DNA of 64,000 nt from Chloroflexota bacterium (GTDB taxonomy: Bacteria; Chloroflexota; Limnocylindria; Limnocylindrales; CSP1-4): contig JAKOQS010000082.1 in assembly GCA_029778235.1 (NCBI GenBank), forward strand, positions 15,299 to 79,298, given 5' to 3'. Both the position numbers and the translations under genes were made by a program. The notes under the pieces are model-generated. The model worked only from the letters and a program-made list of their open reading frames with translations. It searched no databases and was not told the origin of the DNA. Of the stretch, positions 19,607-37,534 are shown in pieces (position 1 is the first letter of the stretch; every line of letters begins with the position of its first letter).

Positions 19607-20103
19607 CAGGCGACTCGCTCCTGCTCGCCGAAGCGGCGGCGGAGGAGGATCGCGATCGGGAGCGCGGCGGCGTAGACCACGGTCGTGTAGATCGCGTCCG
19701 GGATGACCGACCCCAGCGGGTCGGGTGCCGGGACCGGCCCGGCGAGGGCACCATACACGACGAACCACAAAAGCGCCGTCGCCGCCGAGAGGGCGAAGGC
19801 CGCCAGGATCAGCAGCGGGATGCGGCTGCGCGCGCCCGTGCGCGCGACGAGCGACGCAGCCCCGGCCGCGAGCAGCAGGACGAAGGACGACGAGCCCATC
19901 GGGCGTGCCAGGAGGGCGTCGACGACGATGCCTCCAAGGAAGGCGGCCGTCATGGCGCCTTCCAGGGCCCCGAACGAGGCCCACAGGAGCACCACGACCA
20001 GCACGAAGTCGGGCGTCGCGTCACCGATCGTGATGTACGGCGCGACGCTCGCCTGGAGGAGCGCAGCGACGACGGCCGCGAGAGCCGCGAGAGCGAGGCC
20101 CAT
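19603..20103 (-). CDS. mreD: Rod shape-determining protein MreD
   Basis: 166 aa from ATG 20103, with 4-5 TM segments and the pattern PDFVLVVVLLWA...GGIVVDAL. Sits directly upstream of mrdA-rodA. Confidence 0.7.
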   Translation of the reverse strand: MGLALAALAAVVAALLQASVAPYITIGDATPDFVLVVVLLWASFGALEGAMTAAFLGGIVVDALLARPMGSSSFVLLLAAGAASLVARTGARSRIPLLILAAFALSAATALLWFVVYGALAGPVPAPDPLGSVIPDAIYTTVVYAAALPIAILLRRRFGEQERVAW

Positions 20104-20273
20104 GAGCGGTCGTCCCTCTCGTGACGGCGCCGCGTGCGGCGCGTGTGCCGCGGCGCGCCGACGGGGCGGGTCGATGATACGGGCGCCCCGGACGCCGGGC
20201 AAACGACCGACGAGCGAACGGGGCGCACGGACGCACCGCCAGCGCCCCCGCGGGGTGTGCCCGGCAGCCAGTA

Positions 20274-20287
20274 ATTGCGTACGCAAT
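20274..20287. promoter_or_regulatory. Perfect 14-bp palindrome ATTGCGTACGCAAT (candidate operator)
   Basis: Read directly from the sequence. It is the most AT-rich spot of the mreD/parA divergent region, about 170 nt upstream of mreD. Confidence 0.3.
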
Positions 20288-20358
20288 CATCTGGCCGAGC
20301 GGCGCCAGCGAACGAGCCGAGGCAGCATCGCCTCGACTCCCGTCCACGCCTGATAGCC

Positions 20359-20374
20359 TGTTGCACGTGAAACG
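20359..20374. promoter_or_regulatory. parS: parS site (ParB binding/loading site)
   Basis: TGTTGCACGTGAAACG matches the 16-bp parS consensus TGTTNCACGTGAAACA at 15 of 16 positions. Confidence 0.8.
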
Positions 20375-20550
20375 GCGTCGCGAGCCGGGTCGGCCTTCAC
20401 CCTCCCCCTGGCCGGCGACACCACATCGGCGTTGAGAGCGCTGCCGATCGCATACACCGCGGGAGGGCGGCCCCGAGCCGACACGGGCGGCCCGGGTGAT
20501 CGACCATCGGCTCGGTGAGGTGCGCAACGGCACGGAGCGGGCCGCCAGCG

Positions 20551-20566
20551 TGTTTCACGTGCAACA
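20551..20566. promoter_or_regulatory. parS: parS site (ParB binding/loading site)
   Basis: TGTTTCACGTGCAACA; its reverse complement TGTTGCACGTGAAACA matches TGTTNCACGTGAAACA at 16 of 16 positions. Confidence 0.85.
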
Positions 20567-20666
20567 CCTGCGATGCGTGTTCGCGATCACGCAGCGGCGC
20601 TTGTCAATCGGGCTCGCTCGACCGCGCCCGTTCCGTGGCATCCATAGCAGCTGCCCCCGGATCGTC

Positions 20667-20748
20667 CGGCCGCCCCGTCACGACTGCTTGCTGGAGCATG
20701 CGGCCGCCCCGTCACGACTGCCTGCTGGAGCATGCGGCGGCCCCGTCG
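20667..20748. repeat. About 2.4 tandem copies of a 34-nt repeat
   Basis: cggccgccccgtcacgactgcTtgctggagcatg at 20667-20700, the same with T>C at 20701-20734, then the partial copy cggcggccccgtcg. Confidence 0.85.
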
Positions 20749-20981
20749 AAGGTCGCCACGGCGGTCCCCGCGGCCACACCGGGCACCCGCCACCGTTCGC
20801 GGGCGAGGAACCCGGGATCGAGCCGCGCATGACTCCACGATGAGCGGCCTTCTCCATGATCCGAACATGCCGCGAGTCGTCGGCGCACGGGCGCGCCACA
20901 CCTCTCGCGGCCCCGCTCGCCGCGCCTGAGGACGGCCCTCGATGGTAGGATTCCCCTCGTGATCGCCCCCATCGCGCCCCC

Positions 20982-21820
20982 ATGACCGTGGGGCAGACGA
21001 TCGCCTGCGCCAACCAGAAGGGTGGCGTGGGCAAGACCACGACGGTCGTGAACCTCGCCGCGTATCTCGCCCTCGCCGGTGACCGCGTCCTCGTCGTGGA
21101 CCTGGATCCGCAAGGCAACGCCACGAGCGGCCTCGGCATCGACCGTTCGGCGGCGGAGCGATCCGTCTACGACGCCGTCATCGAGGAGGCACCGCTGGGC
21201 GACCTGGTGGTCACGACAGGCATCGACGGGCTCGCACTCGTACCTTCCTCCATCTCGCTGGCCGGGGCGGAGGTCGAGCTCACGCCGCTCGCGCAGCGCG
21301 AGAGGCGCCTCGCCCACCTCCTCGCGCCCGCTGTGGGCGAGTACGACTACGTCCTCCTGGACTGCCCGCCCTCCCTCGGACTGCTCACGGTGAATGCGCT
21401 GACCGCCGCCGACTCGGTGCTGGTGCCGATCCAATGCGAGTACTACGCGCTCGAGGGCCTCAGCCAGCTCATCGCCACCATCAACCTCGTCCGCGACCAC
21501 CTGAACCCGGACCTCGCGATCAAGGGCGTCGTGCTCACGATGTACGACGGCCGCACCAACCTCTCGGCCGACGTCGCCGCAGAGGTCCGGCATCACCTCG
21601 GCGACGCGGTCTTCGACTCGGTCATCCCGCGCAGCGTCCGGCTCGCGGAGGCGCCGTCCTTCGGCCGGCCGATCGTCGATCACGATCCCACCTCGCGAGG
21701 GGCGCTCGCCTACCGTGCCCTCGCAGACGAGCTGCGCCGCCGCGATGGCCGCGCACTCTCCGATCTCGCGGTCGCCGCCGCGGCGGCGTCGGACCGGGTA
21801 CCGGCCGAGGAGATCACGCA

Positions 21821-21824
<4 letters not shown>
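20982..21824 (+). CDS. parA: Chromosome partitioning ATPase ParA/Soj
   Basis: IACANQKGGVGKTTT is the deviant Walker A motif; VVDLDPQGNAT is also present. Confidence 0.95.
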
Positions 21825-25386
<3,562 letters not shown>

Positions 25387-25390
<4 letters not shown>

Positions 25391-26364
25391 CCGGCGCCTC
25401 CGCGTCCGTTCCCGGGGCTGCCACGGCCGCGGCGACGGCATTCGTCGAGGCCCATCGACCGGCTGCGACCGCACTCGGCGCCCGGCTGGGCGCGCTGATC
25501 GACGATCCCGAGGCGTTCGGTGTCGAGCTCGACGCCGGCCTGGCCGCGATCGCGGACCCGGTCCTCGCGAACGCGATGACCTGGGTCGCCCCGGGGGCGG
25601 CCGGCGTCATCGGCGTCCGGCAGCCGCTCATCACCGCGGTGGAGAGGGGCATCGTCCGGGCAGCGCGAGGCACCGGCCCGGCGCGACTGCTCGCGGTCGC
25701 CGACAGGGCGGTCCGGAGCGAGGTGGCGGAGTCCCGGTGGATCGCCATCCGCCTGATGGACCGGATCGTGGCGACGGACCCCGAGCGCACCTGGCAGCTG
25801 ATGCGCCGCGCGGCACGCGGCGCGAGCGACTGGGTCACCGTCGATTCGCTCGCGTCGCCGTATGCGCGCGGCGTCCTGCTGGAGCCCTACCGGTGGGCCG
25901 AGGTCGAGCAGGTCGTGTACTCGCCGTCCGCCTGGGAGCGTCGCCTCGCCGGGTCGACGGTCGCACGGATCCCCTTCGTGGACCGGACCCGAGGCCGCAC
26001 GCCCGAAGTCGCCGCGCACGGCCTCGGCGTCGTCGCGTCGCTGATCGGGGACGCGTCGCCGGACGTCCAGAAGGCCCTGTCGTGGGCGCTGCGGTCGCTC
26101 ACGCTCGTGGACCTGCCGGCGGTGACCGCCTTCTGCCGCGTGGAGGCGGACCGCGCCGCGGAGGACGGGGACGGCGCGCGCGCCTGGGTCGTGCGGGACG
26201 CTCTCGCCAAGCTCGACCCGGCGGACGCGGCCGCGCTCGGTCGTCGGCTGGAGGGGATCCGTCGCCGGCCGGGCGCCGTCTCGACATCCGACGCATCCCG
26301 GACCGCCGCCCTGTTCGGCGAGCTCCCGCCGCCCGACTCGCATCCGATGGCACCGTTCCCGTGA
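25387..26364 (+). CDS. DNA alkylation repair protein-like (AlkD-type HEAT-repeat family)
   Basis: 325 aa, helical repeat, with the pattern [10 protein letters not shown]...W.RR....... typical of PF08713-like proteins. GTG 25387 overlaps the preceding stop (GTGA). The call rests on pattern memory only. Confidence 0.55.
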
Positions 26365-26437
26365 GCCGCCCGCCCGCGGCCCGCCGGGCCCGCCACGCAC
26401 CACCGACCACCGAGACGACCGACCCGAGAGGCGAGAC

Positions 26438-28995
<2,558 letters not shown>

Positions 28996-28999
<4 letters not shown>

Positions 29000-30084
29000 G
29001 CTCCGCGCACGGGCGGGAGACTGCGGTGTACTCCGACCAGTTCGACGTCTACACCGGGAACGCCAACCCCGACCTCGCGCGCAAGATCTGCCGCTACCTG
29101 GGCGTGGAGCAGGGTCGGGCAGAGGTCTTCCAGTTCGCCAACGAGAACATCTTCGTCCGCGTCCTCGACAACGTCCGCGAGAAGGACGTCTTCCTGGTCC
29201 AGCCCACCTGCCGGCCCGTGAACCAGTCGATCATGGAGCTCCTGATCATGATCGACGCGTTCAAGCGCGCCTCCGCGGGACGGATCACCGCGGTCATCCC
29301 CTACTACGCGTACGGCCGCTCGGACAAGAAGGACCAGCCGCGCGTCCCGATCTCCGCTCGTCTCGTGGCCGACATGATCACGGTCGCCGGGGCCGACCGG
29401 GTCCTCTCGATGGACCTGCACCAGGGTCAGATCCAGGGGTTCTTCAACATCCCGGTGGACGAGCTGACGGCGGTGCACCTGCTGTCGAATTACTTCATCC
29501 ACAAGGGGCTGCGCGACGTCGTGGTGGTGACGGACCTCGGGTTCGCCAAGCGCGCGCGGACGTTCGCGGAGCTGCTGGACGCTCCCCTGGCGATCATCGA
29601 GAAGCGCCGCGTGGGCAACCTGGACCAGGCCGAGGTCCTCAACGTGATCGGCGACGTCGCGGGCCGCCGGGCGATCATCGTGGACGACGAGATCGACACG
29701 GCCGGGACCCTCATGGAGACGGTCCGCGCGCTCGAGCGCGAGGGCGTGGACGAGATCTACGCCACGGCGACCCACGCTGTCTTCTCCGATCCGGCGGTGG
29801 CGCGGATCGAGTCGTCCTCGCTGCGCGAGGTCGTGGTCACCGACTCCATCCCGATCCCGGCCCAGAAGCGCGTGCCGCGGATCACGGTGCTCTCCGTCGC
29901 CCCCCTCATCGGCGAGGCGATCCGGCGGATCCACCGCGGGGAGTCGGTCGGTGCGCTCTTCCAGAGCGAGGTCGCGTTCACCCAGGAGATGCTCCTCTGG
30001 GAGGACGGACTCGCCGTCCTGCCCCCCGTCGCACGCGAGACCGAGGCCGCGGAGGCACCATCGACGGTCGCCGAACTGACCTGA
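28996..30084 (+). CDS. prs: Ribose-phosphate pyrophosphokinase
   Basis: [13 protein letters not shown] and the PRPP loop [14 protein letters not shown] 28996 overlaps the gyrA stop (GTGA). About 40 aa of C-terminal extension. Confidence 0.93.
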
Positions 30085-30311
30085 CGGGCCCCCGACTCCG
30101 GCGGGGCCGGCGGCGCGGGCGCCGTGCTCGGCGGCGCGCCCAGGGCCGGTCGGCGATCCGTCCGCGAGTCCCCGGCCGGTATCCGGTGGTGGTGGACCGC
30201 GCGGACGAGCCCCGTCGCTGTCCGGGCCGCCGGTGGGCAGTGGACGGGCCGCGACCGGCCGCTCTGGCATAGGATGGTGGCCACACGCACCCGAAGCGAC
30301 GCGAGGCACGG

Positions 30312-30542
30312 ATGACGCTCCAGCTGCATCGACCGGACGGCGAGGGTGGGATCCAGACGGTCCCGCCGGCCGCGGACTTCCGCACGGAGCTGCGCTCCCC
30401 GCGATGGACCGTGGCGCGGCTCGCCAACCCCGAGATGAACCCCACCTCGCGCCTCCGCTCGGTCCTCTTCTGGCTGGCGCTCGCTGCCTTGACGTTCGTC
30501 ATCCTCCTCGCCGGCTACGGGGTCGGGCTCTGGAAGGTCTGA
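30312..30542 (+). CDS. Hypothetical small protein with one C-terminal TM helix
   Basis: 76 aa. GAGG lies 6 nt upstream of the ATG, third-position GC is strong, and there is a hydrophobic segment VLFWLALAALTFVILLAGYGVGLW. Confidence 0.45.
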   Translation: MTLQLHRPDGEGGIQTVPPAADFRTELRSPRWTVARLANPEMNPTSRLRSVLFWLALAALTFVILLAGYGVGLWKV

Positions 30543-30549
30543 TCACGGG

Positions 30550-30966
30550 GTGAGCAAGGAGCGCCGGCGGCGGCGCGGCGCCCCGCCGGCCGGGCGGGCG
30601 ATCGGCTGGTGGATCGCCGGGTTCGAGGAGCGCATCTACCCGCAGCGCGAGACCGTGGAGGAGCGCGTCCGCTGGGGGACCGAGACGCGGGCCGCGTCGG
30701 GCGAGGGATCGGGCGTCGTGGTGCGGTTCCCCGGAGGGTCCGCCGACCACGGCGACCCCGAGGCTGAGGGCGAAGCCGGGGGTCCGGCGGCCGCCGATGC
30801 GGACGGCGCCGAGGGCCCGGCCGCGGACGCGCACGGCGCCGAGGGCCCGGCCGCGGACGCGCACGGCGCCGAGGGCCCGGCCGCGGACGCGCACGGCGCC
30901 GAGGGCCCGGCCGCGGATCCATGCGAGCAGGGCGACATGGACGTGGACGGGGCGCCCGTGGCATAG
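30550..30966 (+). CDS. Hypothetical protein with a tandem decapeptide (DAHGAEGPAA) repeat
   Basis: 138 aa from a GTG start, with high GC3. Contains the 30-nt tandem repeat in frame. No recognisable family. Confidence 0.4.
   Translation: MSKERRRRRGAPPAGRAIGWWIAGFEERIYPQRETVEERVRWGTETRAASGEGSGVVVRFPGGSADHGDPEAEGEAGGPAAADADGAEGPAADAHGAEGPAADAHGAEGPAADAHGAEGPAADPCEQGDMDVDGAPVA
30796..30915. repeat. Four tandem copies of a 30-nt repeat (three perfect)
   Basis: gacgcgcacggcgccgagggcccggccgcg at 30826-30855, 30856-30885 and 30886-30915, all identical, preceded by a diverged copy at 30796-30825. Confidence 0.95.
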
Positions 30967-31035
30967 GCGGTCGCCCGGCGACGGACGGGCCGCCGGAGGG
31001 GGCCGTGGGGCACCCTCGCCTATACTTGGCCTCCC

Positions 31036-34064
<3,029 letters not shown>

Positions 34065-34080
<16 letters not shown>

Positions 34081-34706
34081 GCGACGGATCGCGGCGCGGC
34101 AGGCGCCTCGCCGACCTCGCGATCGTCGTCGCCTTCGCCGCGCTCGCCACGACCGGTGTCGCCGCCTACGCCACGTGGCGCATCTGGGCACAGGGCTACA
34201 CGGACGAGGCTCGCCCGGCGGACGCGATCGTCGTGCTCGGGGCGGCACAGTGGGACGGCGTCCCCTCACCGGTCTTCCGGAGCCGGATCGACCACGCCGT
34301 GGACCTCTGGAAGCAGGGTGTGGCGCCGTGGTTCGTGGTGACCGGCGGCTCCGCCGACGGCGACAGCTCCACCGAGGCCGCCGCAGCCCGCACCTACGCG
34401 ATCTCGCGGGGCGTGCCCCTCGAGGCGATCATGGGCGAGAACCGGGCGCGGAGCACCATCGGGTCGCTCGAGGCGATCAGGGACCTCTTCCACGAGCACG
34501 GGATCCGCAGCGCGGTCTTCGTCTCCGACCGCGGGCACATGCTGCGGGTGCTGCGCCTGGCGAGCGACCTGGGCATCGAGGCATACGGCTCCCCGGCAGC
34601 GGACAGTCCCAGCGACGCGACCGTCACGGCGCGCGCCCGCGCCACCGTGCACGAGCTCGGGGCGCTCGGCTGGTACTTCCTCTTCGGGCGCGAGAGCGGC
34701 GGCTGA
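34065..34706 (+). CDS. DUF218 (YdcF/ElyC/SanA-like) protein
   Basis: N-terminal TM segment, then AIVVLGAAQ...VVTGG...TEAAAARTYAISRGVP. Start uncertain: GTG 34065, ATG 34032 or CTG 34077, all overlapping the secA 3' end. Confidence 0.7.
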
Positions 34707-35054
34707 GGGCGGAGGCGCCGGCGCGGACGCCCGGTCCGGGCGGCCGGGCCAGCGGGTGGTGGACGGCGAGCCCCCGACGGAGCGGCGAGCATCTGCGTCA
34801 GCGCGGAGCCGCGGGGGTCGGGGGCCGCCGGCCGACAGGACCCGCCGGGCCGCCCTGACCGGACCGAGCCGCGCGGCGCGGCGCGGACCATTCAGACCAG
34901 TTTCCCTCTAGGCGAGTGGCCGACTCGCCCGTATACTTCGGGGCGACAGCCGACCGGCTGGGGGAACCCGGTCGGCGACCCCGAGACCATCGTCACCCGA
35001 CGCGTCCGCACCGCCCAGCCCTTTGGTGCGGCCGCGCAGCCGAGAGAGGGATAG

Positions 35055-35279
35055 GTGAAGCAGGTCGAGGATCCCCGGTTCATCGATCTCATCGCCTGCG
35101 AGCGAGATTGCCGGTCCTGCAGCTACGCCGCCGCGCTCGATTGCGACGGCAACTGCGGGGTCTGCGCCCACAACGGATACTGCCCCTGCGTGAACCCCGT
35201 CGTCGCCCGGAGCAAGTCGGCCATCCGGCTGATCGAGCTCCGGCCGATCCTCCTGCAGGACGCGCGAGCCCAGGCCTGA
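35055..35279 (+). CDS. Cysteine-rich 74-aa hypothetical protein (8 Cys, two CX3CX2C motifs plus CPC)
   Basis: GTG start preceded by GAGAGAGGGA. About 90% G/C at third codon positions. Its TGA (35277-35279) shares one nucleotide with the prfB ATG (35279-35281). Confidence 0.6.
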   Translation: MKQVEDPRFIDLIACERDCRSCSYAAALDCDGNCGVCAHNGYCPCVNPVVARSKSAIRLIELRPILLQDARAQA

Positions 35280-36401
35280 TGGACCTGGCCGCTCAGCGCG
35301 ACCTCGCGGAGAGGATCGCAGCGACCTCGGGGAGGCTTTGACCTCCCCACCAAGGAGAGCCACCTCGCGGAGCTGGACGCTCTGACGAGCGCACCGGGGT
35401 TCTGGGACGACCAGCGCGCGGCCCAGCGGATCCTCCGCCAGGCCGAGGGCCTGCGGTCGGAGATCTCGCTGTGGTCCGACCTGTCGGCGCGCGCCGCATC
35501 GCTGCTGGAACTCCGCGAGATGGCGGAGGACGCGTCCGACGCCGACCTGATCGCGGAGATCGACCGCGACGCACAGGCTCTCGCGGCGACGTTCGAGAAG
35601 GAGAGGTTCCAGCTCCTGCTCTCGGGCGAGTACGACGAGCGCAACGCGCTCCTCTCCATCTCGGCCGGCGCGGGCGGCACCGAGGCGACCGACTGGGCGG
35701 AGATGCTCCTGCGCATGTACCTGCGCTGGGCCGAGCGTCACCGCTTCTCCACGGAGATCCTGGACTCCACCGAGGGTGAGCAGACGGGCATCAAGAGCGC
35801 CACGATCGCGGTCGCCGGCCGGTACGCCTACGGCTATCTGAAGGCGGAGCGCGGCGTGCATCGCCTGGTGCGCATCAGCCCCTACGACGCGCAGAAGCGG
35901 CGTCAGACCACGTTCGCCCTCATCGAGGTGCTGCCCGAGGTCGAGGACGACGTGGAGATCGAGCTCGACTGGGACGTGATCCGGGTGGACACGTACCGCG
36001 CCACCGGCGCCGGCGGTCAGCACGTGAACAAGACCGATTCGGCGGTCCGGCTCACGCACCTGCCCACGGGGATCGTGGCCCAGAGCCAGAACGAGCGCTC
36101 CCAGATGCAGAACCGAGAGACAGCCACGAAGATCCTGAAGTCGCGGCTGCTGGAGAAGGCGCTCGAGGAGCGCGAGGCCGAGATCCGCAAGCTGAAAGGC
36201 GCGCACGTGGAGGCGGGCTGGGGGAACCAGATCCGCAGCTATGTCCTCCACCCGTACCAGATGGTCAAGGACCTCCGCACGAGCCACGAGACCAGCGACA
36301 CGACCGGGGTGCTCGACGGCGACCTGGACGACTTCATGCAGGCGGAGCTCGAGCGCGAGGCGACGGGCGCGCCGATGACCGAGGTGGGGGCGCCCGACTG
36401 A
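35279..36401 (+). CDS. prfB: Peptide chain release factor 2; requires a programmed +1 frameshift (35279..35338 joined to 35340..36401, 373 aa)
   Basis: Frame 0 gives [20 protein letters not shown] then TGA. The +1 frame continues [34 protein letters not shown]...[20 protein letters not shown] (GGQ) and SPF-type RF2 features. The track shows only the truncated 293-aa ORF 35520..36401. Confidence 0.92.
35329..35342 (+). other. RF2 autoregulatory +1 frameshift site
   Basis: GGGGAGG (internal SD-like) followed directly by CTT TGA C, the canonical CUU UGA C slippery/stop context. Confidence 0.9.
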
Positions 36402-36403
36402 GC

Positions 36404-37534
36404 ATGGACGACGGGACCGGCGCCGGGCGGACGAGCCGGCGCGCTGGCGCGGAACCGGCGGAAGGGCGTGCCGGCTGGGCGCCTGTCGGCGGCCCGGACG
36501 GCGCGGTGGTGCTGCGGCCCGCGACCGAGGCGGACATCGCGACGTGCGCGGAGGTGCAGGCGGTCGCGCTCGAGGACTACCTCGTGCCGCTCGGCCAGAC
36601 GCCGGCGCTCAACCTCCCGGCCCTCGCGGCCCTTGCCTCCCACCTGCTCGCAACGGACCCTGGCCGGTTCGTCGTCGCCGAGCGTGACGGGGCGATCGTC
36701 GGCTTCGCCTCGGCGTGGGTCCGCGGCGGGCTCTGGTTCCTCGCGCTCCTGTTCGTCCTGCCGGGCGACCAGGGACGCGGGCTGGGCCGGCGGCTGCTCG
36801 AGGCGGTCCTCCCACGGCCCGGCGAGCGTGCGCCGGACGGCGAGCCGTACATCCTGGGCGTCGCCACCGACAGCCTCCAGCCGATCTCCAACGCTCTCTA
36901 CGCCCGCTACGGGATGATCCCCCGGATGCCCGTGTTCGCCCTGCACGGCCGGATCTCGCGGCCCGATGCGTTCCCGGCACCGCCGCCCGAGGTGCGGGTG
37001 CTCGCGTTCGCGCCGGCGGGGATGGACGAGGGCGACGCCGTCGAGGGAGAGGGCGCCACGGGCGCCGCCGCGCCCGGCGCCGCACGGCGGCCGGGCCCCT
37101 GGGACGACCGGACGGCCGTGCTCGGGTCCGACGCGCGCCTGGTCGCGGACACGACCGCCACGGTCGATCGCGAGCTGCTCGGGTTCACCCGGCCGGCCGA
37201 CCACCGCTGGCTGGCCCTCACCCGGCGCGGGGTGCTCGTGACCGACGCGGACGGCGAGCCGGTCGGCTACGGCTACCTTCGCGGCGACGGCCGCATCGGG
37301 CCGGTCGGCGCGCTGGACCCCGCGCTCGTGCCCGTGATCGTGGGCGTCCTCGCGCTTGGGGCGCCGCCGGCCCTGGACGACCTCTCGATCATCGTGCCCG
37401 GCGCCGCCGGCCCGACGTTCCGGGCCTGCCTCGACGGGGGTCTCCGGATCGCGGACCCGCCCACGATCCTCGCCTGGGACCGCCCCTTCGCCGACTTCTC
37501 GCGCTACCTCCCGATCGGCCTCGCGCTCACCTGA
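36404..37534 (+). CDS. GNAT-family N-acetyltransferase (two-domain, 376 aa)
   Basis: The acetyl-CoA motif LFVLPGDQGRGLGRRLLEA (Q/R-x-x-G-x-G/A) lies in the N-terminal half. The C-terminal half is unassigned. Confidence 0.75.
   Translation: MDDGTGAGRTSRRAGAEPAEGRAGWAPVGGPDGAVVLRPATEADIATCAEVQAVALEDYLVPLGQTPALNLPALAALASHLLATDPGRFVVAERDGAIVGFASAWVRGGLWFLALLFVLPGDQGRGLGRRLLEAVLPRPGERAPDGEPYILGVATDSLQPISNALYARYGMIPRMPVFALHGRISRPDAFPAPPPEVRVLAFAPAGMDEGDAVEGEGATGAAAPGAARRPGPWDDRTAVLGSDARLVADTTATVDRELLGFTRPADHRWLALTRRGVLVTDADGEPVGYGYLRGDGRIGPVGALDPALVPVIVGVLALGAPPALDDLSIIVPGAAGPTFRACLDGGLRIADPPTILAWDRPFADFSRYLPIGLALT

Noticed and set aside
20360-20565. An exact 14-nt inverted repeat (GTTGCACGTGAAAC ... 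GTTTCACGTGCAAC) enclosing ~180 nt. I first considered it the closing stem of a 6S-like or other structured ncRNA.
   Set aside because: Each arm is itself a 16-bp palindrome matching the parS consensus. The interior does not pair continuously when folded by eye; only a local 9-bp hairpin at about 20473-20515 forms. Two independent parS sites explain the pattern.
20104-20981. DnaA boxes and an AT-rich DUE that would prove an oriC.
   Set aside because: Only weak partial matches are present (for example GTCCAC, CCACAC), and there is no AT-rich tract. I report the region as a candidate only and do not annotate an origin.
30796-30915. The 30-nt perfect direct repeats as a possible CRISPR array.
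   Set aside because: The repeats are contiguous with no spacers, there are only 4 units, they are in frame within an ORF, and no cas genes are present.
34911-35054. A known riboswitch upstream of the Cys-rich ORF (hairpins at 34911-34929, 34949-34976 and 35006-35031).
   Set aside because: I could not match the sequence to any riboswitch core I know (SAM, TPP, glycine, guanidine, c-di-AMP and others). The hairpins are mentioned under the Cys-rich ORF finding only.
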